37,944 nt of DNA, taken from the sequence record PZ247578.1; one strand, 5' to 3'. The notes under the pieces are model-generated. The model was not told the origin of the DNA, did not search any database, and worked only from the letters and a program-made list of their open reading frames with translations. This document shows, piece after piece, positions 27,902 to 37,823 of the stretch (position 1 is its first letter; the number at the start of each line of letters is the position of its first letter). This DNA is from a phage. The translations under genes and the position numbers were made by a program.

Positions 27902-30900
27902 ATGGCGACTCGTGGTATTCGCAATAACAATCCGGGTAACATCCGGGTAGGTAAGGACCAATGGGAAGGAATGACTGGAGATGATGGCGCATTCGTCACC
28001 TTCGATAGTCCAGAGTCTGGCGTCCGAGCTTTAGGTAAAAACCTGCTGTCCTACGGTCGCCAAGGCTATGACTCCATCGAGAAGATTATCAACCGATGGG
28101 CACCTCCTAACGAGAACGACACTAAGGCTTATATCGACTCAGTGGTGGCTGCAACTGGTATTCCAGCTACACAGAGTCTAGACCTATCGGACCCTGACAC
28201 CCTGTCTTCTCTGGCACAAGCTATCAGCTTCCATGAGACAGGCTCACGGTACGACCCTGAAGTCTATCAGAAGGGAGTCGCACGGGCACTCAACGGCATT
28301 AGCCCAAAGACTCCACCAGTAAGCGCTAACGTATTTGACGCACTCACGGAAGGACTCAAGGCTAAACCTAAAGTAGCTCTTGGCGAGAACCTTCCGACCG
28401 CTGCTGGTCTGAATATTGAGGGTCAAGCACCTGAAGCTCCCAACGAATCGTTCGGTGAGATGTTCTATAAGGCTACTGGAGAGACCATGCGGGAACTAGA
28501 GGACCGCTCTACGTGGTTCGGTTTCGGTGCTGCTACAGAAGCTGAAGTGAAGAACTCTATGGTCGGCGTGGCTATCCGCGCTGGTAAGACCGAGGACTCA
28601 CTTGATGTCATTGGCGATGTGTTCAACCCTACCCGCTGGAACAACCATAAGTGGACTCGTGAAGAGTTGGACCAGATTCGTAACGCTGGGGTTCTGCCTC
28701 AGTATTACGGAGTCATTACTGGTGGTTCTCCTCAGAACCTGACCGAGCTTATTAACTTGGCGCTTGAGAACCAGAAGTTGGACCAAGAGAAGGCCAAGGC
28801 TGGGACTGGTGCTCAGCTAGCAGCTGGTGTTATTGGTGCTGGTGTAGACCCTCTGACATACGTTCCTATCGCTGGACAGGTTGGCAAAGGTGCGAAGCTG
28901 GTCAACAAGATGTTCACCGTGTCTGCTCAATCTGGAGCACTGGCTGGTGTGTCCGAGATGGCCCGTACCTCAGTGGCTGGTGGCGATGCTCATGTGGCTG
29001 AAGCTATCCTTGGTGGTGCTCTCTTCGGAGGTGGTATGACTGCTATCGCTGATGGGCTAGGCAGAGCCTTAGGCCGCAACACTAACGAGTTCGCTGGTCC
29101 AGCCACACGTCTGGAAGCTCGTGAGACAGCCCGTAACGTTGATGGTCAGGACCTGTCTCGTCTCCCTATTCAGGAAGGTGAGCCGACCTTTAGTCATCAA
29201 GGCGTTAAGTTCGCTGACGTTCCGAATGAGCCGGGTAGTGTACGACTTGAAGATGGTTCAATCCTGATTGGTGAGAACCCTCTGAACCCTAAGACACGTC
29301 AAGTCTTTGACGAAGTGATTGAGCCTGAACGTGCCGCTGCTGGTGTGAACCTTGGGGGACTTACCGAGATTGGCCTGAAGCTGCTTCGGTCTGAGAACCC
29401 TGAGATTCGTGGAGTCGCTGCTGACTTAGTGCGTTCACCAACCGGTATGCAGTCAGGGGCCTCAGGTAAAATCGGGACCACTGCGTCAGACGTATTCGAG
29501 AGACTTCGTGCTGTGGACCATCGGTTCTACAACGACATCGACGACGCGGTTACTGAGGCGCTCAAGGACCCATACTTCCAGACAGCATTCTGGCGAGACT
29601 CTGGCGCATTCCGTCAGGACATCTACCAGCGTGTGTCTATGGCTATTGAAGACGGAAGTGGGAACCTGAAGGCTGAACTGACTCCGGGAGAACTGAAAGT
29701 CTATGACCTGCTGAAGAACCAGTTTGATGCCAAGCGTGAGATGATGGAGAACCCGGCGATGTTTGGTCGTCCAGACGCTCAGTCTATCTTTCCGGGTAGC
29801 CGCTTCAATGGAACCTACGTCCCTCATGTGTATAGCAAACAGATGAAGGAGCTGTACATCAAGGAGCTTGGGAGTCCAGAGGCGTTGCAGGAGGCCATCA
29901 AGAAGTCATGGTTGACCAGCTATGCGTCTCGACCTGAGGTCAAGAAACGTGTGGACGAGGCACTCTTAGAGGCTGACCCTACGTTGACTCCAGAAGGACT
30001 TGCGGCTGCGGTCGATAAGTACGCCAACGATAAGGCTTATGGTATCTCTCACACCGAGCAGTTCGAGCGTTCATCCGTAATGGAGGAGAACATCAACGGG
30101 CTGGTGGGTCTGGAGAACAACAGCTTCCTTGAGTCTCGTAACCTGTTCGATAGCGATATGTCAATCGTTCTTCCTAACGGTCAGACCTTCAGTGTCAACA
30201 ACCTGCGTGAGTGGGACATGGACAAGATTGTCCCGGCCTACAACCGTCGAGTTAATGGTGATATTGCTATCATGGCTGGTACAGGCAAGACCACGAAGGA
30301 AATGAAGGACTTAGTTGAGACCATGATGAACAAGGCTGGCGATGACGGAAAGTTGAAAGGTGAAGTATCTACCTTACGTGACACCCTGAAGATTCTCACT
30401 GGTCGTGCTCGACGTGATGGTGCTGATGATGCGGCCTTCGCTACCGTGATGCGCACGATGACAGACCTATCGTTCTTCGCTAAGAGTGCCTACATGGGTG
30501 TTCAGAACTTAACGGAGATTGGTGGTATGCTAGCTCGTGGTAACGTCCGTGCAATGCTGCATGGAGTCCCGATGTTCCGTGACCTAGCCTTCCGTAACAA
30601 GAAGGTCGGGGCCTCAGAGATTAAGGACCTGCATAATGTTCTCTTCGGTAAGGAACTTGATGACTCAATACGTCCGTCTAAACAGGATGTCATTGACCGT
30701 CTGCGGTCTTACAGTGACCTCGGTCGTGGTACAGCTACAGCTCTGGGGACTGCCAAGTATTACACTGGTGAACTTGCTGTCCGCTCCCCGTTCACTAAAG
30801 TCCTCAACGGTACGACCAACTACCTGTTAGATGCTGGACGTCAGGGCTTCCTGTCTGACATCGTGGAGCATAGCCTGACTGGTAGTAAGCGTAAGTTCGA

Positions 30901-31789
30901 TGACCGCTGGCTGAAGACCGCTGGTATCTCTGACGAGCAGTGGAAGGGCATTAAGTCCCTAATCCGTGAGTCAGTGACTCGTGGTCCAGACGGGAAGTAC
31001 ACCATCAAGGATAAGAAGGCGTTCAGTCAGGACCCAAGGGCTATGGACCTATGGCGTATGGGTGACACCATCGCTGACGAGACGTTACTCCGGCCTCATA
31101 AGCTGTCAAACATGGACTCCAAGGCTTATGGTCCTCTCGCTAAGACTGTCCTTCAGTTTAAGAACTTCGTCATCAAGTCAATCAATGGTCGAACCATGCG
31201 AACATTCTATAACGCCACGAAGAACAACCGAGCGATGGACGCTGCACTGTCTACTGTGATGTCTATGGGTCTGGCTGGTATCTACTACATGGCTCAGGCG
31301 CACGTCAAGGCTTACGCTATGCAGGACGGTCGAGACCGAGATTATCTCAAGCAAGCTCTGGACCCAACGATGATTGGCTATGCGGCCCTGTCCCGTAGTT
31401 CACATCTTGGTGGACCCCTTGGGGTAGCTAACATTCTAGGTGGCATCGCTGGGTATGAGGACACTAAGATGCTCCGTTCGTCTATCCTCCCGCGTTCACC
31501 TACAGAGAAACCCGAACGTGCCATCTCATATGGTGCGGCTACAAGTGACCCTGTGATGAATGTCGTTGGTAACTTCTTGGAGCAGGTCCCGGCTTTCGGC
31601 TATATTGCTAACGTTGGCGCTTCGGCATACAACTTGGCTGGCTACCTCAAGGCTGATACTCGTGTCAACGAGCGTGACTACATGACCGGGATGTATAATA
31701 CGTTCCGTGAACTTGTACCGAATGACCCGATTACCCAGAAGTTGCTGCTTGGAACGTTTGAGGAGCAGGGCATCCACATCAAGGACTAA
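27902..31789 (+). CDS. Internal virion protein D (gp16 homolog), about 1295 aa; the N-terminal roughly 130 aa differ from the T7 transglycosylase domain
   Basis: From about residue 200 onward collinear with recalled T7 gp16 (STWFGF, PTRWN..WT.EELD.IR, VVTGGSP, RLEARETARN, RSPTGMQSGASGK, ENNSFLE.RNLFDSD); N-terminus begins MATRGIRNNNPGNIR. Confidence 0.9.
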   Translation: MATRGIRNNNPGNIRVGKDQWEGMTGDDGAFVTFDSPESGVRALGKNLLSYGRQGYDSIEKIINRWAPPNENDTKAYIDSVVAATGIPATQSLDLSDPDTLSSLAQAISFHETGSRYDPEVYQKGVARALNGISPKTPPVSANVFDALTEGLKAKPKVALGENLPTAAGLNIEGQAPEAPNESFGEMFYKATGETMRELEDRSTWFGFGAATEAEVKNSMVGVAIRAGKTEDSLDVIGDVFNPTRWNNHKWTREELDQIRNAGVLPQYYGVITGGSPQNLTELINLALENQKLDQEKAKAGTGAQLAAGVIGAGVDPLTYVPIAGQVGKGAKLVNKMFTVSAQSGALAGVSEMARTSVAGGDAHVAEAILGGALFGGGMTAIADGLGRALGRNTNEFAGPATRLEARETARNVDGQDLSRLPIQEGEPTFSHQGVKFADVPNEPGSVRLEDGSILIGENPLNPKTRQVFDEVIEPERAAAGVNLGGLTEIGLKLLRSENPEIRGVAADLVRSPTGMQSGASGKIGTTASDVFERLRAVDHRFYNDIDDAVTEALKDPYFQTAFWRDSGAFRQDIYQRVSMAIEDGSGNLKAELTPGELKVYDLLKNQFDAKREMMENPAMFGRPDAQSIFPGSRFNGTYVPHVYSKQMKELYIKELGSPEALQEAIKKSWLTSYASRPEVKKRVDEALLEADPTLTPEGLAAAVDKYANDKAYGISHTEQFERSSVMEENINGLVGLENNSFLESRNLFDSDMSIVLPNGQTFSVNNLREWDMDKIVPAYNRRVNGDIAIMAGTGKTTKEMKDLVETMMNKAGDDGKLKGEVSTLRDTLKILTGRARRDGADDAAFATVMRTMTDLSFFAKSAYMGVQNLTEIGGMLARGNVRAMLHGVPMFRDLAFRNKKVGASEIKDLHNVLFGKELDDSIRPSKQDVIDRLRSYSDLGRGTATALGTAKYYTGELAVRSPFTKVLNGTTNYLLDAGRQGFLSDIVEHSLTGSKRKFDDRWLKTAGISDEQWKGIKSLIRESVTRGPDGKYTIKDKKAFSQDPRAMDLWRMGDTIADETLLRPHKLSNMDSKAYGPLAKTVLQFKNFVIKSINGRTMRTFYNATKNNRAMDAALSTVMSMGLAGIYYMAQAHVKAYAMQDGRDRDYLKQALDPTMIGYAALSRSSHLGGPLGVANILGGIAGYEDTKMLRSSILPRSPTEKPERAISYGAATSDPVMNVVGNFLEQVPAFGYIANVGASAYNLAGYLKADTRVNERDYMTGMYNTFRELVPNDPITQKLLLGTFEEQGIHIKD

Positions 31790-31808
31790 ACTATCACTAT
31801 AGGAAACT
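31786..31808 (+). promoter_or_regulatory. Phage RNAP promoter (CTAAACTATCACTATAGGAAACT), phi17-like
   Basis: Consensus core. Confidence 0.85.
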
Positions 31809-31853
31809 GGAGGCGCTACCATAGGTCTCCGTTTAAATCACAAAGGAGGCATA

Positions 31854-34040
31854 ATGTCCACGATTACACAATTCCCTTCAGGAAACACTCAGTACAGGAT
31901 AGAGTTCGATTACCTAGCCAGAACGTTTGTTGTTGTTACGCTGGTGAATAGCTCTAACCCTACCCTGAACAGTGTACTGGAAGTTGGTCGAGATTACCGA
32001 TTCCTTAACCCAACGATGATTGAGATGTTGGTTGACCAATCAGGTTTCGACATCGTTCGTATTCACCGTCAGACTGGAACTGACTTAGTGGTAGACTTCA
32101 GGAATGGCTCAGTGTTGACAGCTAGTGACCTGACCAATTCAGAGCTTCAGGCTATCCATATTGCAGAAGAAGGTCGAGACCAAACGGTTGACTTAGCGAA
32201 GGAATATGCCGATGCTGCTGGTAGCTCTGCTGGCAACGCTAAGGATAGCGAGGACGAAGCACGACGAATCGCTGAGAGTATCAAGGCATCTGGTCGAATC
32301 GGCTATATTACCCGTCGCTCCTTCGAGAAAGGCTTCAACGTTACAACATGGAACGAGGTCCTGCTATGGGAAGAGGACGGTGAGTATTACCGCTGGGATG
32401 GTGCGCTTCCAAAGAACGTTCCTGCCGGCTCAACACCTGAAGCATCTGGTGGTGTTGGCATTGGTGCATGGGTTAGTGTTGGTGATGCTTCATTGCGCAG
32501 TGATTTGACCCTAAGCACTGGCGCACGGCGAGTTGGGACAACATCCGGCAGGACCGTACAGGCAGAGCTTGATATCCTCAAAATGGGGTACAAGACGCTT
32601 GATGACTTTGGTGCAAAAGGTGACGGAAGTACAGACGACACCGCTGCCATATTCAATGCCTTTTCGTGGGCCTCAACCAACGGACTACCACTTAGAGTTC
32701 CAAGCAAACCATATGTTTGGAATGGCGACGTTATTCCATACGATAATGTGACCCTCATTGGTGATAAGCGGCCCTATGCGGATTCAGGGTTAACTCGTCT
32801 TCTTGATGGTAGTATTATCGTAGGTACGCTCAGATTTAGTGGCAAAAACATACAAATCAGCAATATTGGAGTCGATCACGGTTCGTTCCGGTTCCCGTCG
32901 ACAGCTGGTGATGCCCTCATTGTATCAGCCCCTGAAAAATCAGGGCAGTATTGCCTTATAAGAAACTGTGTTGGACTAGGGCGAAATCCAACCGATGCAT
33001 TTCACGCTATTCTGTGTGAAGGTTATAAATATTCAATTATTGAAGATTGCATCGGCATACAGAATACATATAGCATCGCGCACAAAAGTGGTTATTCAAT
33101 CACGAATAATATAATATCCATAAACTCAAACACAGGTGTTATTGTTAAATCTGATAGTGCATTTGGTGATGCCAGTTTCTGTAATATTACCAATATTACC
33201 ATTGATGGAAATGAAAACTGTAATATTGGCTTGTGGGTTTTTGCGCAAGACGCTCAACTACAGAAGGTTAATGTATCTAATATTGTAGTATCTGGATGTA
33301 AATACGACATGGTGGTGCAGGCTGATGCTGGCGTCATCAATGAAATTAACATTAACAATCTGGCAAGCTCTGGGGCATCCATAGCGTCACTAGCACTGGT
33401 GGCTAATGCCGCCGATAAGATATACACCGTAAACATATCAAACATTTCAGCTGGCGAAGTTACAGGGCAAATTATTGATGCGCAGGTAGCTAATTTGCTG
33501 AATGTATCGAATGTTACTGGGCGAATTACCAGCTCATCGACGCACGTCAGTGACTCCATAAAGATAGGGGAATTAGTTGGCGCTTCAAATCTTGTTAATG
33601 TAATTCCCACTTTGAATTACAGTTTAACATCTCAGGCTGGAGTGACTTTTAATAACGCTTTTGAAAATAACAGCATCAGTAATGTTCGCGCTGCTATATA
33701 CGGAAGCGGAGCGCCGCGACCAGGGTATGCAACACAGGGCGCAAGCGGTGTCTCTGGAGTGCTTTCGGTAAGATATAGCCAGACAAACTCGTCATTCATA
33801 AAGCTAACTCTTCCTTCAGGAGCAGCTGAGATAGCTACCATACACACAACAGCCATCAATGGCTCGGTAATACCGGAAGGATATGTATTATGGATACAAA
33901 ACGCCACCTCCGGACAAAACCTAACGATAACTCCTTCTACTGCTGGTCATATCGTTACAACCGGGAATACTCCAAAGGTGTTGGCTGGCGGTGATAAAGT
34001 TGGCTTTATGTTTGATGGTAACACATGGATTCAGATGTAA
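31854..34040 (+). CDS. Tail fibre/tailspike (gp17 homolog): T7-like N-terminal adaptor domain fused to a pectate-lyase-fold beta-helix, probable polysaccharide depolymerase
   Basis: N-terminal approx. 150 aa resemble T7 gp17 (FDYLARTFVVVTL, LVVDFRNGSVL, AEEGRD); downstream LDDFGAKGDGSTDDTAAIFNAF is the pectate-lyase/tailspike signature; many N-x-[ST]/I-rich beta-helix-like repeats; C-terminal two-thirds is AT-rich. Confidence 0.85.
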   Translation: MSTITQFPSGNTQYRIEFDYLARTFVVVTLVNSSNPTLNSVLEVGRDYRFLNPTMIEMLVDQSGFDIVRIHRQTGTDLVVDFRNGSVLTASDLTNSELQAIHIAEEGRDQTVDLAKEYADAAGSSAGNAKDSEDEARRIAESIKASGRIGYITRRSFEKGFNVTTWNEVLLWEEDGEYYRWDGALPKNVPAGSTPEASGGVGIGAWVSVGDASLRSDLTLSTGARRVGTTSGRTVQAELDILKMGYKTLDDFGAKGDGSTDDTAAIFNAFSWASTNGLPLRVPSKPYVWNGDVIPYDNVTLIGDKRPYADSGLTRLLDGSIIVGTLRFSGKNIQISNIGVDHGSFRFPSTAGDALIVSAPEKSGQYCLIRNCVGLGRNPTDAFHAILCEGYKYSIIEDCIGIQNTYSIAHKSGYSITNNIISINSNTGVIVKSDSAFGDASFCNITNITIDGNENCNIGLWVFAQDAQLQKVNVSNIVVSGCKYDMVVQADAGVINEININNLASSGASIASLALVANAADKIYTVNISNISAGEVTGQIIDAQVANLLNVSNVTGRITSSSTHVSDSIKIGELVGASNLVNVIPTLNYSLTSQAGVTFNNAFENNSISNVRAAIYGSGAPRPGYATQGASGVSGVLSVRYSQTNSSFIKLTLPSGAAEIATIHTTAINGSVIPEGYVLWIQNATSGQNLTITPSTAGHIVTTGNTPKVLAGGDKVGFMFDGNTWIQM

Positions 34041-34133
34041 TCTCAGCCTGTGTAGGTAGAGGCTAACTACATGCTGACCAACGTATGGTAACAACTTTGG
34101 GTCACGGACGACCCGCTTTAAACTGGAGGTTTT

Positions 34134-34328
34134 ATGATTGAGTTAGACTTCAAGAATGAGGTCCTTAAAGCCTCTCCTATCGTCGGGACCGCTGCGGCTG
34201 ATGGTGCCAGTCGGTTCTTCTTCGGACTTACACTGAACGAATGGTTCTACGTTGCAGCTATCGCGTACACCGTTGTCCAGATTGGTGTGCTAGTCTACAA
34301 AACGATTAAAGGAGGCGGTAAAACATGA
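34134..34328 (+). CDS. Class II holin (gp17.5 homolog), 64 aa
   Basis: FFFGLTLNEWFYVAAIAYTVVQIG nearly identical to recalled T7 holin. Confidence 0.9.
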   Translation: MIELDFKNEVLKASPIVGTAAADGASRFFFGLTLNEWFYVAAIAYTVVQIGVLVYKTIKGGGKT

Positions 34329-34588
34329 CGCAGATGGACTTAGAGAAGTTCCTCTTAATGCTAGATACTGAACGTGCTCGACTCATGCTGCAAGACCTGC
34401 GGGATGACTCTAAGCGTTCTCCTCAGCTTTACAACGCCATTGAGAAGCTACTGGCTCGTCACAACTTTGTGTTAAGCAAGGTGTCTGTGGACGAGAAGAC
34501 GCTGGCTGATATGGAGGCCCTGAACGCAGAGTATGATAAGGTGCTTTCAGCGACTGAGGATAATGACACCGGGTATGGTGTTCAATAA
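34325..34588 (+). CDS. Terminase small subunit (gp18 homolog), 87 aa
   Basis: Position between holin and Rz as in T7; size matches T7 gp18 (89 aa); SD AAAGGAGG. Confidence 0.75.
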   Translation: MTQMDLEKFLLMLDTERARLMLQDLRDDSKRSPQLYNAIEKLLARHNFVLSKVSVDEKTLADMEALNAEYDKVLSATEDNDTGYGVQ

Positions 34589-34589
34589 G

Positions 34590-34640
34590 TGTTAGACTCA
34601 AGGTCATTACTATATGTAGTGGCCTTTATGGTTAACACTA
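34590..34640 (+). ncRNA. RNase III-like processing hairpin (R18.5 position)
   Basis: TTAGACTCAAGGTCATTACTATATGTAGTGGCCTTTATGGTTAAC; same family as 5483 and 12305. Confidence 0.55.
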
Positions 34641-34689
34641 ACTAGTGGAGGCGACTCTACGTGAAATCTGATAAACCTGGAGGGCAACT

Positions 34690-35139
34690 ATGCTCGAATT
34701 TTTAAAGAGAGCGGCTCCGTGGCTACTTGCAGCAGTGATGTTTGCTGGTGGCTACCACACCGCTAACAATAAGTGGGAGGCTAAGGTCAATGCAGAATAC
34801 ACCTCGAATCTTAAGGCATCGGAAGATACAAGACTTGCTGTCCAAGCTGAAGTCAACAAAGTGTCCAAACGGTTTCAGGACGAAATGTCCTCGCTGGAAG
34901 GCAGCACTGATAGGATTATTGCTGACCTTCAGTCTGACAATAAGCGGCTGCGCATCCGAGTCAAACCTACGAGTGGAGCCACGCAAAGTGACGGTCGATG
35001 CGTCATTGATGGTTACGCCGAACTTGACGAACGAGATGCTAAACGTCTTATCGCCATAGGAGTGAAAGGAGACAAGTGGATTAAGGCCCTTCAGGACACT
35101 GTGAGAGCCTTGCAGCAAGATAAGGAGGTGACGCATTGA
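34690..35139 (+). CDS. i-spanin (Rz-like, gp18.5 homolog), 149 aa
   Basis: N-terminal transmembrane segment [12 protein letters not shown]; charged coiled-coil-like periplasmic part. Confidence 0.85.
   Translation: MLEFLKRAAPWLLAAVMFAGGYHTANNKWEAKVNAEYTSNLKASEDTRLAVQAEVNKVSKRFQDEMSSLEGSTDRIIADLQSDNKRLRIRVKPTSGATQSDGRCVIDGYAELDERDAKRLIAIGVKGDKWIKALQDTVRALQQDKEVTH
34790..35059 (+). CDS. o-spanin lipoprotein (Rz1-like, gp18.7 equivalent) embedded in the +1 frame of Rz; start uncertain
   Basis: +1-frame ORF has a hydrophobic stretch [16 protein letters not shown] then Cys (lipobox-like LTISGC, Cys at about 34949) and a short Pro-containing mature part; first in-frame ATG is 34790. Confidence 0.6.
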   Translation: MQNTPRILRHRKIQDLLSKLKSTKCPNGFRTKCPRWKAALIGLLLTFSLTISGCASESNLRVEPRKVTVDASLMVTPNLTNEMLNVLSP

Positions 35140-36899
35140 GTAAAGACTTAGTGGCGCGTCAGGCGCTAATGACTACCCGTATGAAGGCAGACTTCGTGTT
35201 CTTCCTGTTCGTCCTGTGGAAAGCTCTGTCACTACCAGTCCCGACTCGCTGTCAGATTGACATGGCGAAGAAACTATCGGCTGGGGACAACAGGCGTTTC
35301 ATCCTACAGGCGTTCCGTGGTATCGGGAAGTCATTCATTACGTGCGCATTCGTGGTATGGAAACTGTGGAACAACCCAGACTTGAAGTTCATGATTGTGT
35401 CGGCCTCAAAGGAGCGAGCCGATGCTAACTCCATATTCATCAAGCGAATCATCGACCTCATGCCTCAGCTTCAGGAACTCAAACCTAAGCAGGGACAGCG
35501 AGATGCGGTTATTAGCTTCGACGTTGGGCCAGCCAAGCCAGATCACTCACCTTCGGTTAAGTCTGTTGGTATCACTGGTCAGTTGACTGGTAGTCGTGCT
35601 GACATCCTGATTGCCGATGACGTGGAGGTTCCGAACAACTCAGCGACTCAGGCTGCACGAGACCGTCTGTCAGAGCTTGTGAAAGAGTTCGACGCTATCC
35701 TGAAGCCGGGAGGTACAATCATCTATCTGGGCACTCCTCAGAACGAGATGACCCTGTACCGTGAGTTGGAAGGTCGTGGGTATACCACTACTATCTGGCC
35801 AGCTCGTTATCCACGCGACAGGAAGGACTGGCAGTCTTACGGCGACCGTCTGGCTCCTATGCTTCAGGCAGAGCTGGAAGAGGACCCTGAGTCATTCTAC
35901 TGGCGTCCGACCGACGAAGTTCGCTTCGATGATACTGACCTGAAGGAACGTGAGCTGTCATACGGTAAGGCTGGCTTCGCCCTACAGTTCATGCTTAACC
36001 CGAACCTGAGTGATGCTGAGAAGTACCCTCTGAAGCTCCGTGACCTTATCGTAGCCGACTTGGACCCAGCGTCCAGCCCAATGGTCTACCAATGGCTGCC
36101 AAACCCTCAGAACAAGCGTGAGGACGTTCCTAACGTTGGACTCATGGGTGACTCATACCACACGTATCAGACTGTAGGTTCTGCATTCAGCTCGTACACC
36201 CAGAAGATTCTGGTCATTGACCCTAGTGGTCGTGGTAAGGATGAAACTGGTTATGCGGTACTGTATCAGCTCAACGGCTACATCTTCGCTATGGAAGTTG
36301 GTGGTATGCGTGGTGGGTATGAAGACTCTACGCTGGAAGCCTTGGCTAAGATCGGTCGTAAGTGGAAGGTCAACGAATACGTCATTGAGGGTAACTTCGG
36401 TGATGGTATGTACCTTGAGTTATTCAAGCCTGTAGCGGCCCGTATCCATCCTGCTGCTGTAACTGAAGTGAAGAGTAAGGGTCAGAAAGAACTCCGCATC
36501 TGTGACGTTCTGGAGCCTATCATGGGGTCTCACCGACTTATCGTTAACGCTTCTGCTATCGTCCAAGATTACCAGACAGCCTCTGATAAGGATGGCGTTC
36601 GTAACCCTATCTACTCTCTCTTCTACCAGATGACACGTATCTCTCGTGAACGTGGGGCCTTGGCACACGATGACCGACTTGATGCGCTGGCTATCGGTGT
36701 ACAGTTCTTCGTTGAGTCTATGGCTAAGGATGCCAACAAAGGCGAACGTGAAGTCACTGAGGAGTGGCTGGAGGAACAGATGGAGAACCCACGGAAAGGC
36801 TTCGAGTCCATCCACACTGAGTTCTGGGACAATGGGGTCCGGGTAACTCACGATACGGACGACGAGCTGGGGCTATGGTCCTACGTTACGTTCCACTAG
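35136..36899 (+). CDS. Terminase large subunit (gp19 homolog), 587 aa, probable TTG start
   Basis: Walker A-like FRGIGKSF; N-terminus as in T7 gp19; TTG preceded by TAAGGAGGTG. Confidence 0.93.
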   Translation: MSKDLVARQALMTTRMKADFVFFLFVLWKALSLPVPTRCQIDMAKKLSAGDNRRFILQAFRGIGKSFITCAFVVWKLWNNPDLKFMIVSASKERADANSIFIKRIIDLMPQLQELKPKQGQRDAVISFDVGPAKPDHSPSVKSVGITGQLTGSRADILIADDVEVPNNSATQAARDRLSELVKEFDAILKPGGTIIYLGTPQNEMTLYRELEGRGYTTTIWPARYPRDRKDWQSYGDRLAPMLQAELEEDPESFYWRPTDEVRFDDTDLKERELSYGKAGFALQFMLNPNLSDAEKYPLKLRDLIVADLDPASSPMVYQWLPNPQNKREDVPNVGLMGDSYHTYQTVGSAFSSYTQKILVIDPSGRGKDETGYAVLYQLNGYIFAMEVGGMRGGYEDSTLEALAKIGRKWKVNEYVIEGNFGDGMYLELFKPVAARIHPAAVTEVKSKGQKELRICDVLEPIMGSHRLIVNASAIVQDYQTASDKDGVRNPIYSLFYQMTRISRERGALAHDDRLDALAIGVQFFVESMAKDANKGEREVTEEWLEEQMENPRKGFESIHTEFWDNGVRVTHDTDDELGLWSYVTFH

Positions 36900-36908
36900 C
36901 TGAATGAA

Positions 36909-36957
36909 TAACTATAGGCGAAAACTGAATTAATACTCAGTTAGTAACCTATAGTTA
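36909..36957. other. 10-bp inverted repeat TAACTATAGG ... CCTATAGTTA built from promoter-core fragments, loop about 30 nt
   Basis: Read directly; lies between the terminase gene and the rightmost promoter. Confidence 0.6.
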
Positions 36958-36994
36958 CTACCAGTCTAACCTACTGTTTTACAAGGAGTTTGGA

Positions 36995-37017
36995 CTTAAC
37001 TATCACTATAGGGAAGA
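36995..37017 (+). promoter_or_regulatory. Phage RNAP promoter (CTTAACTATCACTATAGGGAAGA), phiOR-like
   Basis: Consensus core near the right end. Confidence 0.85.
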
Positions 37018-37196
37018 CCCCCGGTTACTTATAGTATTACTGTAGTGAATATACATATGCAGACTTTATGCAAGACCTTAGGAGGCAGACTCCGAGTTCT
37101 TACCTAAGGCTTGCACCGATGGAAGGAGGGTGATATTAATCATAATCCCTCCAATACAGATAGTCACAGACCATAGATACAGGAGGTATGTAGCAT

Positions 37197-37355
37197 ATGG
37201 CAAAGACCAAAGCTGTACTTAAAGCTCTGGCGACCAATCGAGCTACATACAGGTTTCTTGCTGCTGTTCTACTTGCTTCTGGCGTTACTGCTGGAAGTCA
37301 GTGGGTCGGGTGGGTCGAGACTCTCGTATGTTCTCTGGTGTCTCAGTGTAATTAA
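37197..37355 (+). CDS. Small hypothetical protein (52 aa) with a hydrophobic segment, gene 19.5 position
   Basis: SD AGGAGGT 8 nt upstream; hand-translated MAKTKAVLKALATNRATYRFLAAVLLASGVTAGSQWVGWVETLVCSLVSQCN. Confidence 0.5.
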   Translation: MAKTKAVLKALATNRATYRFLAAVLLASGVTAGSQWVGWVETLVCSLVSQCN

Positions 37356-37699
37356 CGCAATCATGGTAACGATTCATGAGCGGAAGACCTAAGGTCAGTA
37401 CGTGGATAAAGACTCACTCTACTGACCTTAGCTACTGTAGTCAAGGACTTTAGGTAACACCTTAATAGAAGCTCACCTAGGGTCATCCTACTTATTGGTC
37501 TATCCTAGTGTCGCCTGACCTACGGTCCTTGACCTACAGTAGCTGCCACCTACGGTCACTCGATGAGTTTTGGACCAAAAGTTTGAGACCACATCTCACA
37601 GTTCAAGAACCTCAAGTCTCCCCATAGGCCCTCTTTCAGTCCAGACCAAAGGCCCTACCCGTGCCAGTCTATCATAAGGTTAGACAGATGGTCAAGACG

Positions 37700-37788
37700 T
37701 TAGGTCAACGATAGGTTGGGACTATGGGTTAGGTCAACGATAGGTTTGGACTATGGGTTAGGGAAGGACGATAGGTTGGGACTATGGG
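37700..37788. repeat. Three tandem 29-31-bp repeats (TTAGGTCAACGATAGGTTGGGACTATGGG) just inside the right terminal array
   Basis: Read directly; T7-like genomes carry short repeat series next to the terminal repeats. Confidence 0.75.
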
Positions 37789-37823
37789 TCTGTCTCTGAG
37801 TCTCTATCTGTATAACCATAGGT

